In this document: one piece after another, positions 38,341 through 50,708 of the stretch
How positions within the stretch are numbered: position 1 is the stretch's first letter
How the letters are laid out: every line of letters begins with the position of its first letter
From: Lama glama
Lineage: Eukaryota
Reading direction: 5' to 3'
DNA length: 64,000 nt
Assembly: GCA_028534125.1 (NCBI GenBank)
Contig: CM052816.1
Coordinates: 59,026,001-59,090,000 of the forward strand
The notes under the pieces: model-generated
Database searches by the model: none
The model's input: the letters and a program-made list of their open reading frames with translations, nothing else
Told to the model about the DNA's origin: nothing
Position numbers and translations under genes: made by a program

Positions 38341-40120
38341 AACACAAACTTGTTTAAACAGTAACTTGCTAATAAGGACAAAATACAGGCTGTTACAGGC
38401 AGACTCCGCAAGAATTCAAACTTACCTGCGATGGTTTCCACAAAGGGTAGCAAATGCTGTGGAGGTGAGGTGATAATCTTGTCTAATGGCCGCAGTGGCT
38501 GGTGTGAAGACCCCTGGTAGTTGTAGACTCTTGAGTACTACGGTGACGCGTTACCTTACAACCAAATATCCTCATCGCTTAAAGGACTGCTTACTAAGTG
38601 GGTAGGGATACTTCTCTGGGTCAGGGTGGGCTGTGCTTAGTCACAGTGTTCTTTATTGATTCTTTTGCACTGTGGGTGGTTTCTCTTCTAGGTGCCTGTA
38701 TATGTATGTTAGAGGAAGGAGGATATGGTTAGTGGCTAATTTTTAGATCTCACATAACTCTTAGCTTTGCCTCTGTTATTACAATTCCAGACACCATAGC
38801 TTCCTTGGTTACCCTTGCTTTACCAGTTGATCATTGAGTCTGCAGACTATAAAGCATGCAAAGTGAAAGGCTGAGAAATATACGTCTTTCACAAACCTTA
38901 AAGAGGAGTGACTCAGACTTGGATGAGCACAACAGTTACCCAGGCCCTCTTAAAATAGGAATGTTCTTTTCCCTAAAGCTATGGGGATTAGTTCTGTGGG
39001 CCTGGGAGTTCCTGAAATGAGTGCCTCCTGGACTTCCCCAGGGCACAGCGTAGGCCCCTGCACCTTCCTGGAGGAGGGTGGGGACCCTCGGTTCCCATGG
39101 ACACCCTTCCTGCCACCTGCCATAGCGGAGCTCCCCAGAAAAGAGAAGAGGACAGATCCTGGGGGAGGCAGAGAGAAGCAAGCACGGTTCCCAGGCAACA
39201 AAGCACCACAGAGAAGCCTAGGGCGGGTCCATGTAGCCCCAGGGGACTTGACTAAAGCAGGGGAAAATTTCCTCTCTGTAGCTCCAGGTACGGTGTACAG
39301 TCACCCTTCACAAGTCCATCAGATCCTTTCTGAGGCAGATCCTGCCTGAGATGTTCTGTTACTTTGTCTAGAATATTGGTTTAACTTAAGAGCCTAAAAT
39401 CATAATTTTCCTTCCTGCTTTCTTCTTGCAGAGTGGAAAATCTTACAAAGTTTTGTTTTTGTTTGTTTTTTGTTTTTAAATGTTTATGGAAGTGTTTGGG
39501 CTGTTTCCAAACCAGGATGATAATAATATCCTTTCTGGGAGTGCTAACCAGTGGCCTATTCACATTTGAAGGAAAATAATCTGAAACATGTAAGCCTAAT
39601 GGGGAGAAGAAACCTGGAAAGCAGTCATGCCAAAGGGAAGCTGGGGTGATAGTGGCCGGCCCCTGAGCAGCCAGACTGCAATGAGAGAAGGCAACATGAA
39701 AGGCCAGACCTATTTTGGGATGCGTACCCTGAGTCACGGAGTAACAGAGACCAGAGGTGACAGCTGGTCTCTTGGCTCCTTGGTGAGCAGCATCTGGAAT
39801 ATCACTTTGATTTTGTAAAGCTCAGTTTAGGGGTATAGAACGTTAGGGAATTTGGAGAAGGGCAAGGAGAAGGAAGAGTTGGAGGTGAGGAGGACTTGGG
39901 GAGTCTGATCAGAGGAAAGACTGAAGGAGCTAAATATGGGTAGCTACATGGGGAATGGTAATGGTCTGTTAATTCCTGACACTCTAGAAGGCAAGGATTC
40001 TTATAATAGGAGATGGGGTAATCAGAAGGTTAAGAGATGGGAATTGAAAGACTGAATCACATAAAATGCTCTGGCTAATTATATCAGCTTATACAACAGG
40101 ACTCCCATTTCCCATGGAAA

Positions 40121-40123
<3 letters not shown>

Positions 40124-40172
<49 letters not shown>
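40124..40172. repeat. (TG)n microsatellite
   Basis: About 24 TG units, directly visible. Confidence 0.98.
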
Positions 40173-40177
<5 letters not shown>

Positions 40178-43100
40178 AGACCTCCATTTACTTGAGATAA
40201 ATGAAAGTAGATTTTCAGTACATTGGTACCGTAAGCTTCTCTGGATCAGAGACCATTGCAACACAATGGTCTGTTCTATAAAGCCTTCAAGAGCAGAGCC
40301 CTACCTATGGGAATATTTTATAATTTCATTGCGTGATCAAAGTGAATTATACCTGTGGGCACCTGAATTCTAAACTTGGCAACAAGTGTCTGAATGCAGC
40401 TTCTAGAATCCAGAGCCTTAGCAAATTAACCTCAAAATGCTCCTCTAAAATGTAGGCTTCTTGCAAGAGATTTTAATTTGATTCTTACTGTGATGAGAAA
40501 AAGAATTCTACCAAGTCTGAGAAGTAGAAGGCTTAGACCTCCCATGGAGGATCCGAGGAGGCCCAGAGTGAATTTGAAGGCAAGGACTATATTCCGCAAA
40601 GAACCCATCAATAACTTTGATACATGAATCCTAGAGGATGCTGTGACAAAGGTGGTTCCTGTTACAGGACTAGGGATCTGGTTAAGTGTGGTTACGTGGA
40701 AAACTATGGAAGAAGACCTACTGCCGTACAAGCAGGGATTTTTATTCAGACTGAAACAAGCCTTATTAAAATAAATTCCAGTTGCAAAAACAAAAGTTTG
40801 CTGCTAGGTTTGGAGGACAGCTGGGAAAAGCCTCTGGACTTGGATCCATAGAGGCCTTGTCAGACATCAGGGGCCTCTAAGGGGCCAGACATTTTTGCTG
40901 TCTATTTTTATTTATAAATAAGTCCTACCTCCCAGGTGCTGGAAAGCTAATCCAGGCTGACAGATTTCCTTACTTGACTGCTTTGGCTTTCAGTGGCCTG
41001 TGTCACTGCTATTAATAGTAAACTCCATATTCTTAAAGAGCTTTTCTGTCGGCTCTGCCAGTCCTGGGTAGACCGTGGTAAGAAAGATCAAGTTGGGGTT
41101 AGGCTGGAGGAAGACAGAAGCAATTAAGTAGAGGGACAGGGAGGCACCAAAAGAAGAAAAGCCAGGAATTTCGTGAGGGAAATTAACCTTAAGATGACTT
41201 TGAACCTTTCCTTGATACATTCTTCTAGCAATTGGTTTTAAGGTCTATATAATACAAGAATTAAGGAGCTCAGCAGGACCTAGGGGTGGATGGAAAGCGA
41301 TTCCAATGACCAGATTAGTTGGCCTCTATGAGAAAGGGACTTGGGAGATGATCTTGTTGAATGAGCTTCTTTTCTGGCTCTCTTTCTCTTAAGCAATGTT
41401 TTGCTTAAAACAGAGCAATATGTATCTTTTTGCTCGTCTTTTCCTTCGGTTTTCTAAGGGCGTTGCATATTTTGGGAGAAATTCCAGTCAGTTTTGGTAT
41501 TTTTGTATTTTGCTTATTTATCCTACTGTGGCCTAAGGTCTCAAGCAAAGATTGCCCTGTGCCCCCAAACACTTTAGAAGCAAAACCTTTATTAATGGAA
41601 TTCTGGTGAAAGAGAATTTGTGCTTAACTCCTAGTTAAACATAAAACCCCCTTGGCCTTAATCCTTGGGGTTGAAATCCTTTCTAAAATGTTTACATTTG
41701 CTTTTATGTCTCTGCACATGTCTATGATCTAATCTCTCTCTGATGATTCAGCATGTAGGGAGCCCTTCAGTTCTAACGATGTTTTATGGTTGGGGGAGAT
41801 GGTACAGGAGATTGGAATGAATCTGAGCCTTGGCTGAAAAGGCTCCTTTAATTGCATTTGAATCCTGGGGCAGATTGGCATTCAATTCTAAAATCCTACA
41901 GACTCCAGCCCCAAACGCTGCCACTTCTTTAGCAGGACTGGAATGAAGTTTTTGCTTCCATCTTATCCACTCTTAGGAAGATTATGAAGCCTTGATAATA
42001 AAGACTGTGTCTACAAACGAAAAACAGCTCCTACAGGAATGATTCCCCTGGGGCGTGGCTGGGGGCTGCCTCACTTTTGGGCCCAAGGCCACGTGCTCCT
42101 GAGTTCCTGTCTTGACAGGAGACCTGGATGCGCCCACGAGGCACATGGAGGCTCCCAGCTCTTTCCCAACAAGTGTAAATGTGCTCAGTTACGTGGGGTG
42201 GACGAGTCACTGTGCAGTCTGTCTCTGTGCTCCTTTTGAGTTCAAGGAAAAGTGCCAGGTTGGAAGACATAAATAGCCCATCCAAAGACAGTTTAAAAAA
42301 TCTCCTTTCTCTCACCTTTTCCATCCCAGTTGCCAGAGTGATGGCAACGTGGGTCACACGATAAGGACGGGAACACGACAGCAGGTCAGGATTCCTCCTG
42401 GCCACGGCTTCCTTTGCTTGCTGTGACAATGAGGAGAGAGCCCACTGCCTCAGGACTTCCGCACAACCTCTTTCAGCTGCAGAATTTACAGCATTTATGA
42501 AGTAAATGGCCAAATAAATTAGAGCTGGGTCAAGGACAACAGGAGCTCGCTAAGGGAGCCCCGTGGTTCCTTGCTGGTCATGAATGATGTATAGAATGAG
42601 GTAATGCAACTCAAATTAAGTGAGAGCTGCAGAGTCACTTTCCACACAGCTGGGAGTGAAGCTTTTTGATGACTGTATGATTTTAAAAAATGTCCTGGAG
42701 CATCAGGAGGCTTGAATTCTAGAATCACATTACCTTGCTACCCTATGTCACAGGTATATCTGGCTGTCAAGAAGGTAGACTGTCTCCAAGGGGCAATGCC
42801 ACGGATACTGACATTGGGAGGTTTGGGAAAGCCTTTCACTCCAATTGGTCCTCCCTCCCCATTTGTGGTCTTTGCTTTCCAACCTAGAGGATCAGCACTA
42901 TGGCTGCTGGAAACCTGGGGGATGGGAAGGTGTGGCTGGAGAGGGCAAAAAGTGAAAATCTGAAATGGAGCAATATGCCTTGAGGGAATTAATTGGCTAA
43001 AGCAAAACTTACAAGAAATGTAGCCCCTCAGATCCACTTAGAAACAGGACTTTTACCGGCTTTGAGCTTTCCTTCACTTGAAGCTGTGTGTCTGATGTTT

Positions 43101-44336
43101 ACCATCGGCTGCCTTTTCTGGCTCAGGGGCTTTCCTTTCGAGGAAGGGAGTCGGGGAGGCATGGGCTAGCCCCTCAGTTCTGTCTGGGCAGGCTTGGGCC
43201 TCAGCTGTAAATGAGAGGGAACATCTGCCATTAAAAGTGGTTTTGAAAACTGATGTAATGTCAGTGGCTAACCAATCAGTTCTCTCCTTCCCTCTACTTT
43301 GCCTCTCTTTCCTTTTCCTGGGGACTTTCCTCATTATTATTCTAGTAGATGTTTCCCTTGAAGCTGATAAAGCTTCCGCTTGTAAAGTGGGCTTTGGGCC
43401 TCCTCTTTTTGGAAACTCTGCTTTAGCCAGTTAGTTCCTTTTGGAGGAATATATTCTGAGGATTATGTGAGAGAGAGGGTGAGGGAAAGAGAGAAACCAC
43501 CATTTAGGAGGTCACTATAAGTGCATATGAGGATTGAGAAAAGGGTAAGAAAGAGGGCATTTTATCCACCATGGGTCAAAAAGGAACAAGATTCTTATAA
43601 CCTACTTCTTTTCTACAGTGTCCTGAGCATTAGCAAGACACTGCCTGAGAGACAAGAAAAAGGATCTTCCATAGACCTATGCCTGTTTGACATTTGATTT
43701 TATCCTGCATACATTATTTGGGAATCCCCCAAGCTGAGAAATGTTTATAAGAAAGCTATTCCCTGGGGTTCCTGGCAGGAGCAAACACAAAACAGATATA
43801 GTGGGAGGTACCCTTAATCTGGTTCTCTTAGGATCCCCACAGATGAATACCTGCTGAATATGAGCTCATGATACAGAATTGTAAAATACACAAGAAGACA
43901 ATCTATCATGAATATGCATTAGTAAATATAAAAAAAGCACATTAGAATTGGATTGCTTCTAGTAATTTTAGACAGTAGAGTCATTGGGTAGAAGATAAGA
44001 AAATAATGTTTTAAGTGACGAAAGACATATAATAGGGAATTTAAAATACGAGAAAAGAACAAGCTATTATAAAAAATAATTCTAAAAAGAGGAAAGGCAG
44101 ATTTAAAAAAAAAACTTACTAGAACTTCTAGAAAAGAATATAGCTGAATGCAACTGAAATGAGAATTAGTAAGTGAAAGTAGATCTAATAAAATTACCCA
44201 GAAGCTAGCATTGAGAGAGAAAGCAATGGGAAGTACATGACAGGTGAAAATACATGTAGAATAGAATTAAAAGGTTTATATATGTTAATCATTGTTCCTG
44301 AAGGAAAGAATAAAGCAATTAGGGGAAAGGTAATTC

Positions 44337-44474
44337 TTTTTTTACCCTATTAATACTTTGTTTATTTTATTATTATTTTTTTTTATTGAAGTATAGTCAG
44401 TTTACAATGTGTTAATTTCTGGTGTAAACCATAGTGCTTCTCATATATATATATGTATTTATGTATGTATATAT

Positions 44475-44522
<48 letters not shown>

Positions 44523-44662
44523 TATTCCTTTTCATATTCTTTTTTATAGGCCATTACAAGTTCCCTGTGCTATACAGTAGGACTTTGTTGTTTATTTATT
44601 TTACATATAGCAGTTAGTATCTACAAATCCCAAACTCCCAATTTATCCCTTCCCACCCCCTT
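44337..44662 (-). mobile_element. Young L1 3' UTR insertion with TSD and internal (TTTA)n
   Basis: attgaagtatagtcagtttacaatg. TSD ggggaaaggtaattctt (44322) / gaggaaaggcaattctt (44663). Confidence 0.93.
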
Positions 44663-45589
44663 GAGGAAAGGCAATTCTTGAAGAGACAATGATTAAGAAT
44701 TTTCTAGAGTCAAAGGTAGACCTAAGTCCTCATATTTTGGAAAGCACAAAAAATCCCAAGCAGATTAAATAAAAAGAAGTATACTAGACTTACTGAAATC
44801 CCAAAACTCGAAAGCAAAAAGAAAGTTTTAGAAACAGTAAAAAAGAAACAGCATATTATTTACAAGAACTTACAACAGATTTTTCAATCGCAAAAAAGAA
44901 TATTTTTGACAGGCACTTGTCTGTAGAAAATCTTTTTTCTTGTCTCTCATGCAGTATTTTACTAATGCTCAGGATGCTGTATAAACCAAGTGGATTATAA
45001 GAATCTTCTTTCTTTTTTACTCTTGGTGGCTAAAATGCCTCTCTCCTACCCCTTTCTTAGTACTTGTGTACATCCAAAATGATTCCCTAAATAGTGTTTT
45101 TTCCTCCTCCCTGCCCCCATAATCCTTAGAATATATTCCTCCAAAGGGAACTAAACTGGCTAAAGTGCCAAGATAAAATTTTGCTCTTGCACCTTCATTT
45201 TTGAATGATCATTTAGCTGAACATAGAATTTTTCAATAACATATTAAATTTGGAAATTAGGAGTGAGACACAAGAAGGAATGATGAACACATCAATTAGT
45301 AAGCGTGAGATAAATCTAAATTAGTTTTGACTCTACAAAATGTCAACAATGGCAAAATTTAGAGGTAAAAAGACAAAGGAAATCAAAAGCTGTGCAAAAG
45401 CAACAGGCAAGACGGGAAGGCACTGATTGGACTTAAAGTGCTGTAAGTTCTTGTATTGTTTCGGAGGAAAAAAGAGATACAGATTAATTTTAAACTTTCT
45501 TATGGTAGGTATGCATGTTAAAGATAAATCGTTATAGTCATTAAAGAAATTCAGTCTTTGGAAAAAATCTACACATAAATGTCCATGAG

Positions 45590-45612
45590 TACACACACAC
45601 ACACACACACAC
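45590..45612. repeat. (CA)n microsatellite
   Basis: Directly visible. Confidence 0.9.
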
Positions 45613-45807
45613 TCTCCAAATTTCTCATTTACAGGTGAGTTCTAACAAACATTCAGTCTTATACATATGTTCCAGGTAATAAAGAGCAAATGTTCTCTAA
45701 TTCATTTTATAAGACTAGAGTAACTTTGATAGAAAAATTGAAGTTTGATTGATATTAAAAACAGAAAAAGTCTTATGGTGAAAAAGAATATGAAAATAAA
45801 TACATGT

Positions 45808-45847
45808 AAAAATAAATAAAATAAAATAAAATAAAATAAAATAAAAT
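45808..45847. repeat. (AAAAT)n repeat
   Basis: Directly visible. Confidence 0.9.
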
Positions 45848-46279
45848 ATTCCCCCCCAAAAAAAACCCCAGAAAAAGTCAATTTGAAAAAGGAAATTTGC
45901 AGGCAAGCAATCACTAATGAACATAGGACCAAAAAATCATAAATAAAATTTTTACAAGTCAGTATCCAACTGTTTCTTTATGAGTTTTATATATATGTAC
46001 TTGTGTGCATGTGTGTGTATGTGTGTAAACCAAGGAGGGCTTACTAAATACTAATGTAAAGAAAGTTTAACAATAGAACCCCTTTTAATGTAATGTGGCA
46101 TATTAACTAAAGAAGAAATATTATGTAATCATTTAAATTGAAGCAGAAAAGACACTTGGAAAATTCAATATACTTCCATGGTAACAAATTCTTAGTAAAA
46201 TGGAAAAGGAGTATATGTGATAAAGGTGACTACAAAAATTTTACAGCAAACATTATACCCTAAGATACTGCCTTCAGAG

Positions 46280-46445
46280 AAGGATAAGACAAGAATGCCT
46301 GTCATCACAGCATCTATCAGTGTCCTGGGGGTTCTAGCCAGTGATGTCAGACAAGAAAAGGAAATGGAATACATAAACACGAGAAAAGAAGAAAAGCCCT
46401 TTTCTTGTTTCTTAGACAATGTATTTATATATCCGAGAGAAACTG
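46280..46445 (+). pseudogene. Decayed L1 reverse-transcriptase core
   Basis: VLASDVRQEKEMEYINTRKEEKPFSCFLDNVFIYPRE aligns with L1 ORF2p [37 protein letters not shown]. The catalytic FADD has decayed to FLDN. Confidence 0.85.
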
Positions 46446-46999
46446 CCAAATAATTCAAGAGATAACATTGTTGGATAAGAGATTGTTGGAGGTTGAGTAC
46501 CAGGGAAGGTGACTCTGAGCTGGGAATTAGCATGCACAGAGTTTATTAGGTTGTACTCTTGATATCAACACCTGTGGAAGGCAAGGACGTGATTGTGTAA
46601 AGGGAGAAGCTGAACCATGATGCAGTCCTAAAGCAGGAGACCCTAAGGGAAGATCTGAAGGCAAGCTCCTTCAGAATCGTCCCACATTGGGGCGAGGAGG
46701 CCCCACCTCTCTATCCCTGAGCTGACCAGTTGCGAGGTGCAAAAGAAGGCTGGGAGACAAGGTCCAATTGTTGGTATTCCTTCCTGCACCTCGGGGGATA
46801 AATTCTTCAGTCCTGAAGGGGATGGGGATGCCTTGGGTCTACTTATTCATCTAAGTTCTGGGAGCCATTCTTTCAGGATTCCGATGGGAGGCCTTCCCTT
46901 GGGGGAAACTTGTAAGAGGAAGATGAGTGGGATGAACTGTAGCTCCTATTGTTGTAGCTGGTCTTGGGCCCACAAGTGATACTCATTGATCCCTGTTTA

Positions 47000-47295
47000 C
47001 TTTGCATGCCAGCTCCCTCCCACCCGCACCCTCCTCTTAGCTAGCCCGTCTGTTGGTCTCAGTGGCCGACCTGCTGCGGGACCTAGATTGTCACTGCTGA
47101 GAGGCCTGACACTCTGGTCACTGATGCCCTTCTTAGGCCAGGGTTGCCGCACCTGTCCAGTTACCATCAAAACTGGGCAAAATAGTACCAAGAGGCACCA
47201 GGTGCATCACTTAAATGCCAAAATATTCTTCCCTGCCTGCATTGTGTAACAGCAACCCAACCTTCTCCTGAGAATCAGCGTTAACACCCCTGCCA
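47000..47295 (-). pseudogene. ERV-L dUTPase / pol C-terminal remnant
   Basis: Minus-strand GVNADSQEKVGLLLHNAGREEY resembles ERV-L GVIDPDYQEEIGLLLHNGGKEEY. Downstream VLFCPVLMVTGQVRQP resembles VLPCPVIKVNGKLQQP. Frameshifted. Confidence 0.75.
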
Positions 47296-47648
47296 CTCAT
47301 AATGATAATTGCATCTACGTGGCGCCCAACAGTTAAGTGCTGTCACCTGGCCTCTGTTATTTCAAGGTCCCAGTATCCCTTTCGCTCTCAGTGAGCCCAG
47401 CTCAGTAAAGGTCTCTGCAACCATCATTCCTGGCCTGCAGACGGGGGCCACCACTGAACTTAGGGAGGCTGGTGCCCCTCTCACCAGCACATTATTGCTT
47501 TGGGCCTCCTAGGGAGCACCGTCATCCTGTGGACTTTTCGGTTTGACGCGGTAAGTCCACTCTGCTAGGCCTGCTTACTTGAGTCTTTACCTATTTCTCC
47601 TGCTTTCTGCCTTGGCAATTCAGGCATTCTCCCTTCACTTAATGTGGA

Positions 47649-48145
47649 CTAGGGTCAAACAAACTTTTTTTATAAAGGGCCAGAAAGTCAATATTTTAGG
47701 CTCTGTGGGCCACAAGCAGCCTTGTTTGCCTATCTTTATTTATTGAAGTATGGTCAGTTACAATGTGTCAATTCCTGGCGTACAGCATGAAGTTTTAGTC
47801 ATACATACACATACATATATTCATTTTCATATTCTTTTTCATTATAGGTTACTGCAAGGTGTTGGATAGAGTTTCCTGTGCTGTGCAGAAGCAGCTTGTT
47901 GTTTATTTTTTATATAGTAGTTAGTATCTGCAAATATCGAACTCCCAATTTATCTTTTCCCACCACCTTTCTCTTCGGTAACTGTAAGTTTGTTTTCTAT
48001 GCCTGTGATTCCTTTTCTGTTTTGTAAATAAGTTCATTTCTGTCTTTATAGCCCTTTAAAAACGGAAAACACCTTCTTGCTTGCAGGCTGTACAAAAATA
48101 AGGCACGGGCTGGATCTGGCCAGCAGAGTAGTTTGTGAACCCCTG
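47649..48145. mobile_element. MER58C-like hAT MITE interrupted by a young L1
   Basis: agggtcaaacaaactttttt.taaagggccaga...aatattttaggc | ccctttaaaaacggaaaacacc...gggctggatctggcc...gtagtttgtgaacccctg. Confidence 0.85.
47736..48040 (-). mobile_element. Young L1 3' UTR insertion
   Basis: tattgaagtatggtcagttacaatgtgtcaatt. Possible TSD ctatctttat (47730) / ctgtctttat (48040). Confidence 0.92.
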
Positions 48146-48199
48146 GGCCATGGCTTTTTCAGGCTTCTGGGAGTCTTCCTCGCAGGGTGTTTGCATAAC

Positions 48200-48670
48200 C
48201 TCCTTAAATGGACCCGTGTTAAATCCCACTTCCTGTCACGCTGCCCTCAACACTCCCTTGAGCCCGTGTCCTCAGCATCCGGTCTAGTGCATACTCTCTT
48301 GGCCCTTGCTGGGACACATTTTTGAGGTCCTGCAGCCGCTTTTTGGCAGGTTCTCTTTTCTTCTTCACCAGGCTCGGCATGTCCTTAGTTGTGGTCTTAG
48401 CTGCCAGGAGGGGAGGTGGAGGCAGATTCCAAGGGGGATACATGTTGTCCTGCAAGAGAGAGGTAAAGAAGTAGACCTTAACAAGGAGGGGTGGACCACT
48501 TCTGCAAGCTCCGAGGGTTCTGGGAAGGTGGAGATTAAAGAGTTTCAAGTGTGGGAATCCAGGAGTCCTCATTCCTGCGAGAGGGTTCATTCTTTCCCAG
48601 TCTGGGCTCTGAACTTACATAGTTGACCGGGATGAACTGAGAGCTTCATTTTCTTTGGAGCTTGGCCTTT
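48200..48670 (-). pseudogene. ERV-L gag remnant
   Basis: ORF 48219..48590(-) PPPPLLAAKTTT...KRLQDLKNVSQQGPREYALDRMLRTRAQG resembles ERV-L Gag PPPL.ASRPIT...KELQD.AN.YRQ.PGEYVWEWILRV.DQG. Confidence 0.7.
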
Positions 48671-50196
48671 CTTATGGGTAAGTCCTGTGTCTGGTCCTTA
48701 GCATTTCTTCTTTACTCTTCCCCCAGGCTGCAAGGTGTGTGAGCCACTTGATATACACGATGCTAGGAAGATCTTTGGCTTTCATATTTAATTTTTAATT
48801 GACCATTAATTTCTATTTTTCTCTTTTTCAAAGGATTAATAAATCTTAGCTATAGTCACCCAATTCCACTGTTCATGTAGTTATTATTTGCCCCATATTT
48901 CTCAAATGCCTGATAAATCACATTCTCTCATGTACTCTTTCACAAGAATACCCTCTCAGTTTACCGCTAACGGAAGTTTTAACAATTTTACCTCTCCCGT
49001 GTGCCAGTGATGGGTCCTTACTGCCAGTCATGAAAAGGATGACAGAATTACAAAGCCCCATTTTAGCACTGTTTTCATGGACTGTTTCAGGTTGGGTTTT
49101 CCACGAAGCACACTGTGAAATAGAGATGAACCTGCAGGGAGCATGTTCTTAAGGTTGATACCTGTGGGCAGGACAGGAAAGAAGCAGGACTGAATTGAGA
49201 GGAAGATGAGCTGGGAGTGTAGTCTCAATGAAGACCTTGGTAGGAAAGTTCTAGAACTGGGGTGGCCCTTCAGAGTTGTCCAGGCTAATCAGAGAGGGAT
49301 AGGGAATAAAGACTTATCAATCAGGCTGTGCATTTGGGATTCCACAGAAAAGGGGTGTGACCTCAGGTACAAGGCATTTGCTAGAGAGAACCCACAGCTG
49401 GAGCTGTTTGCCAGTAGCATATCCCAGATAAGCCCAGCAAATAAGGGCTTAACAGGGGATCCAGGTGGTCTATCACAGCATTCACTACGAAGATCCCTAT
49501 ACACTGGCCATAAAAGTAGAAAATTTTCAAAGTTAGAAAATGTAATTTAAGTAATATTTTTTAAAGGACTAACAATTCTAAGGTGTATAGGAATAAATCT
49601 AATAAATGTTTGACATCTTGAGAAAAAAATTATACCTTTCTTGAAAGACATTAAAGTAGACTTAAGTAACTATATCATGTTTATGGATGACAAGATTCAA
49701 TATTGTAATGATCCTCAAATTAATACACAATTCAGAATCCCAAAAGCTTTAAAATATTTTCCAATACTATTCTAAAATTTGTATGAAAAACCAAAAGGAT
49801 AAGAATAGCAAAAACAAGTTTAAAAGCAGAACAAGACAAGAGGACTTGACCTACTGGATAATAAGATTTATTAAAAATTAAAATAATCAAAATAGGATAG
49901 TACATTGGAGTATAGACTGGTACACTCCAAATAAATTTTACCCTTATTTGAATACTTAATACATGATAGTATATGACGTATGATAGTAGTAGCATTGTAA
50001 ACTAGTGGGAAAACAGATTTAAAAAAATAAATGGTGCTGAGACAATTGATGACTTCTGTAGAAAAAGATAAAACTATCTGTTTTATTCCATGAATAAAAA
50101 TTCGATTCCAAGTAGACTGACTATGTATAAATTATAAAATGTTAAAACCTGTACAAGAGAATATACAGAAATATCTTTATGACTTTGTAGGAAAAG

Positions 50197-50708
50197 TTTT
50201 TTTTATTTTTATTTTTCTTGTTTATTTTTTATTGAAGTACAGTCAATTACAATTTGTCAGTTTCTGATGTGCAGCACAATGTCTCAGTCTTGCATATATA
50301 TACATTTATTTGTTTTCATATTTTTTCCATTAAAGGTTATTATAAGACATTGAGCATAGTTCCTTGTGCTATACAAAAAAAAAAACTTTTAAAATCTGTT
50401 TTTTATATATAGTGGCTAACATTTGTAAATATCAAACTCCCAAATTTATCCCCTCCCTCCCCCTTTCCCTGGTAACCATAAGATTGTTTATTAAGTCTGA
50501 GAGTCTTTTTCTGTTTTGTAGATGAGTTCATAGTGTCTTTTTTTTTTTTTTTAGATTCCACATATGAGTGATATTGTATGGTATTTTTCTTTCTCTTTCT
50601 GGCTCACTTTGCTTAGAATGACGATCTCTAGGTCCATCCATGCTGCTTCAAATGGCATTATTTTATTCTTTTTTATGGTAGAGTAGTATTCCATTGTATA
50701 AATATACA
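50197..50708 (-). mobile_element. Young L1 3' fragment without visible TSD
   Basis: T-rich tail, attgaagtacagtcaattacaat, then ORF2 C-terminal sequence up to gtagtattccattgtataaatataca. Confidence 0.93.

Larger units (their letters stand above)
46484..49489 (-). mobile_element. Internally deleted ERV-L provirus (LTR16C-like LTRs, ERV3-16A3-like interior)
   Basis: Two same-orientation LTR16-like copies (~46484-46840 and 49083-49489) flank gag and dUTPase remnants. 5-bp flanks gagat (46479) / aagat (49490). Confidence 0.8.

Noticed and set aside
46217..46453. Possible active reverse transcriptase
   Set aside because: The catalytic motif has decayed (FLDN), the frame is short, and the element is interrupted by an ERV insertion.
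48219..48590. Possible domesticated ERV-L gag (Fv1-like restriction factor)
   Set aside because: Only part of the frame resembles Gag, conserved tryptophans are lost and the frame is broken. This fits neutral decay.
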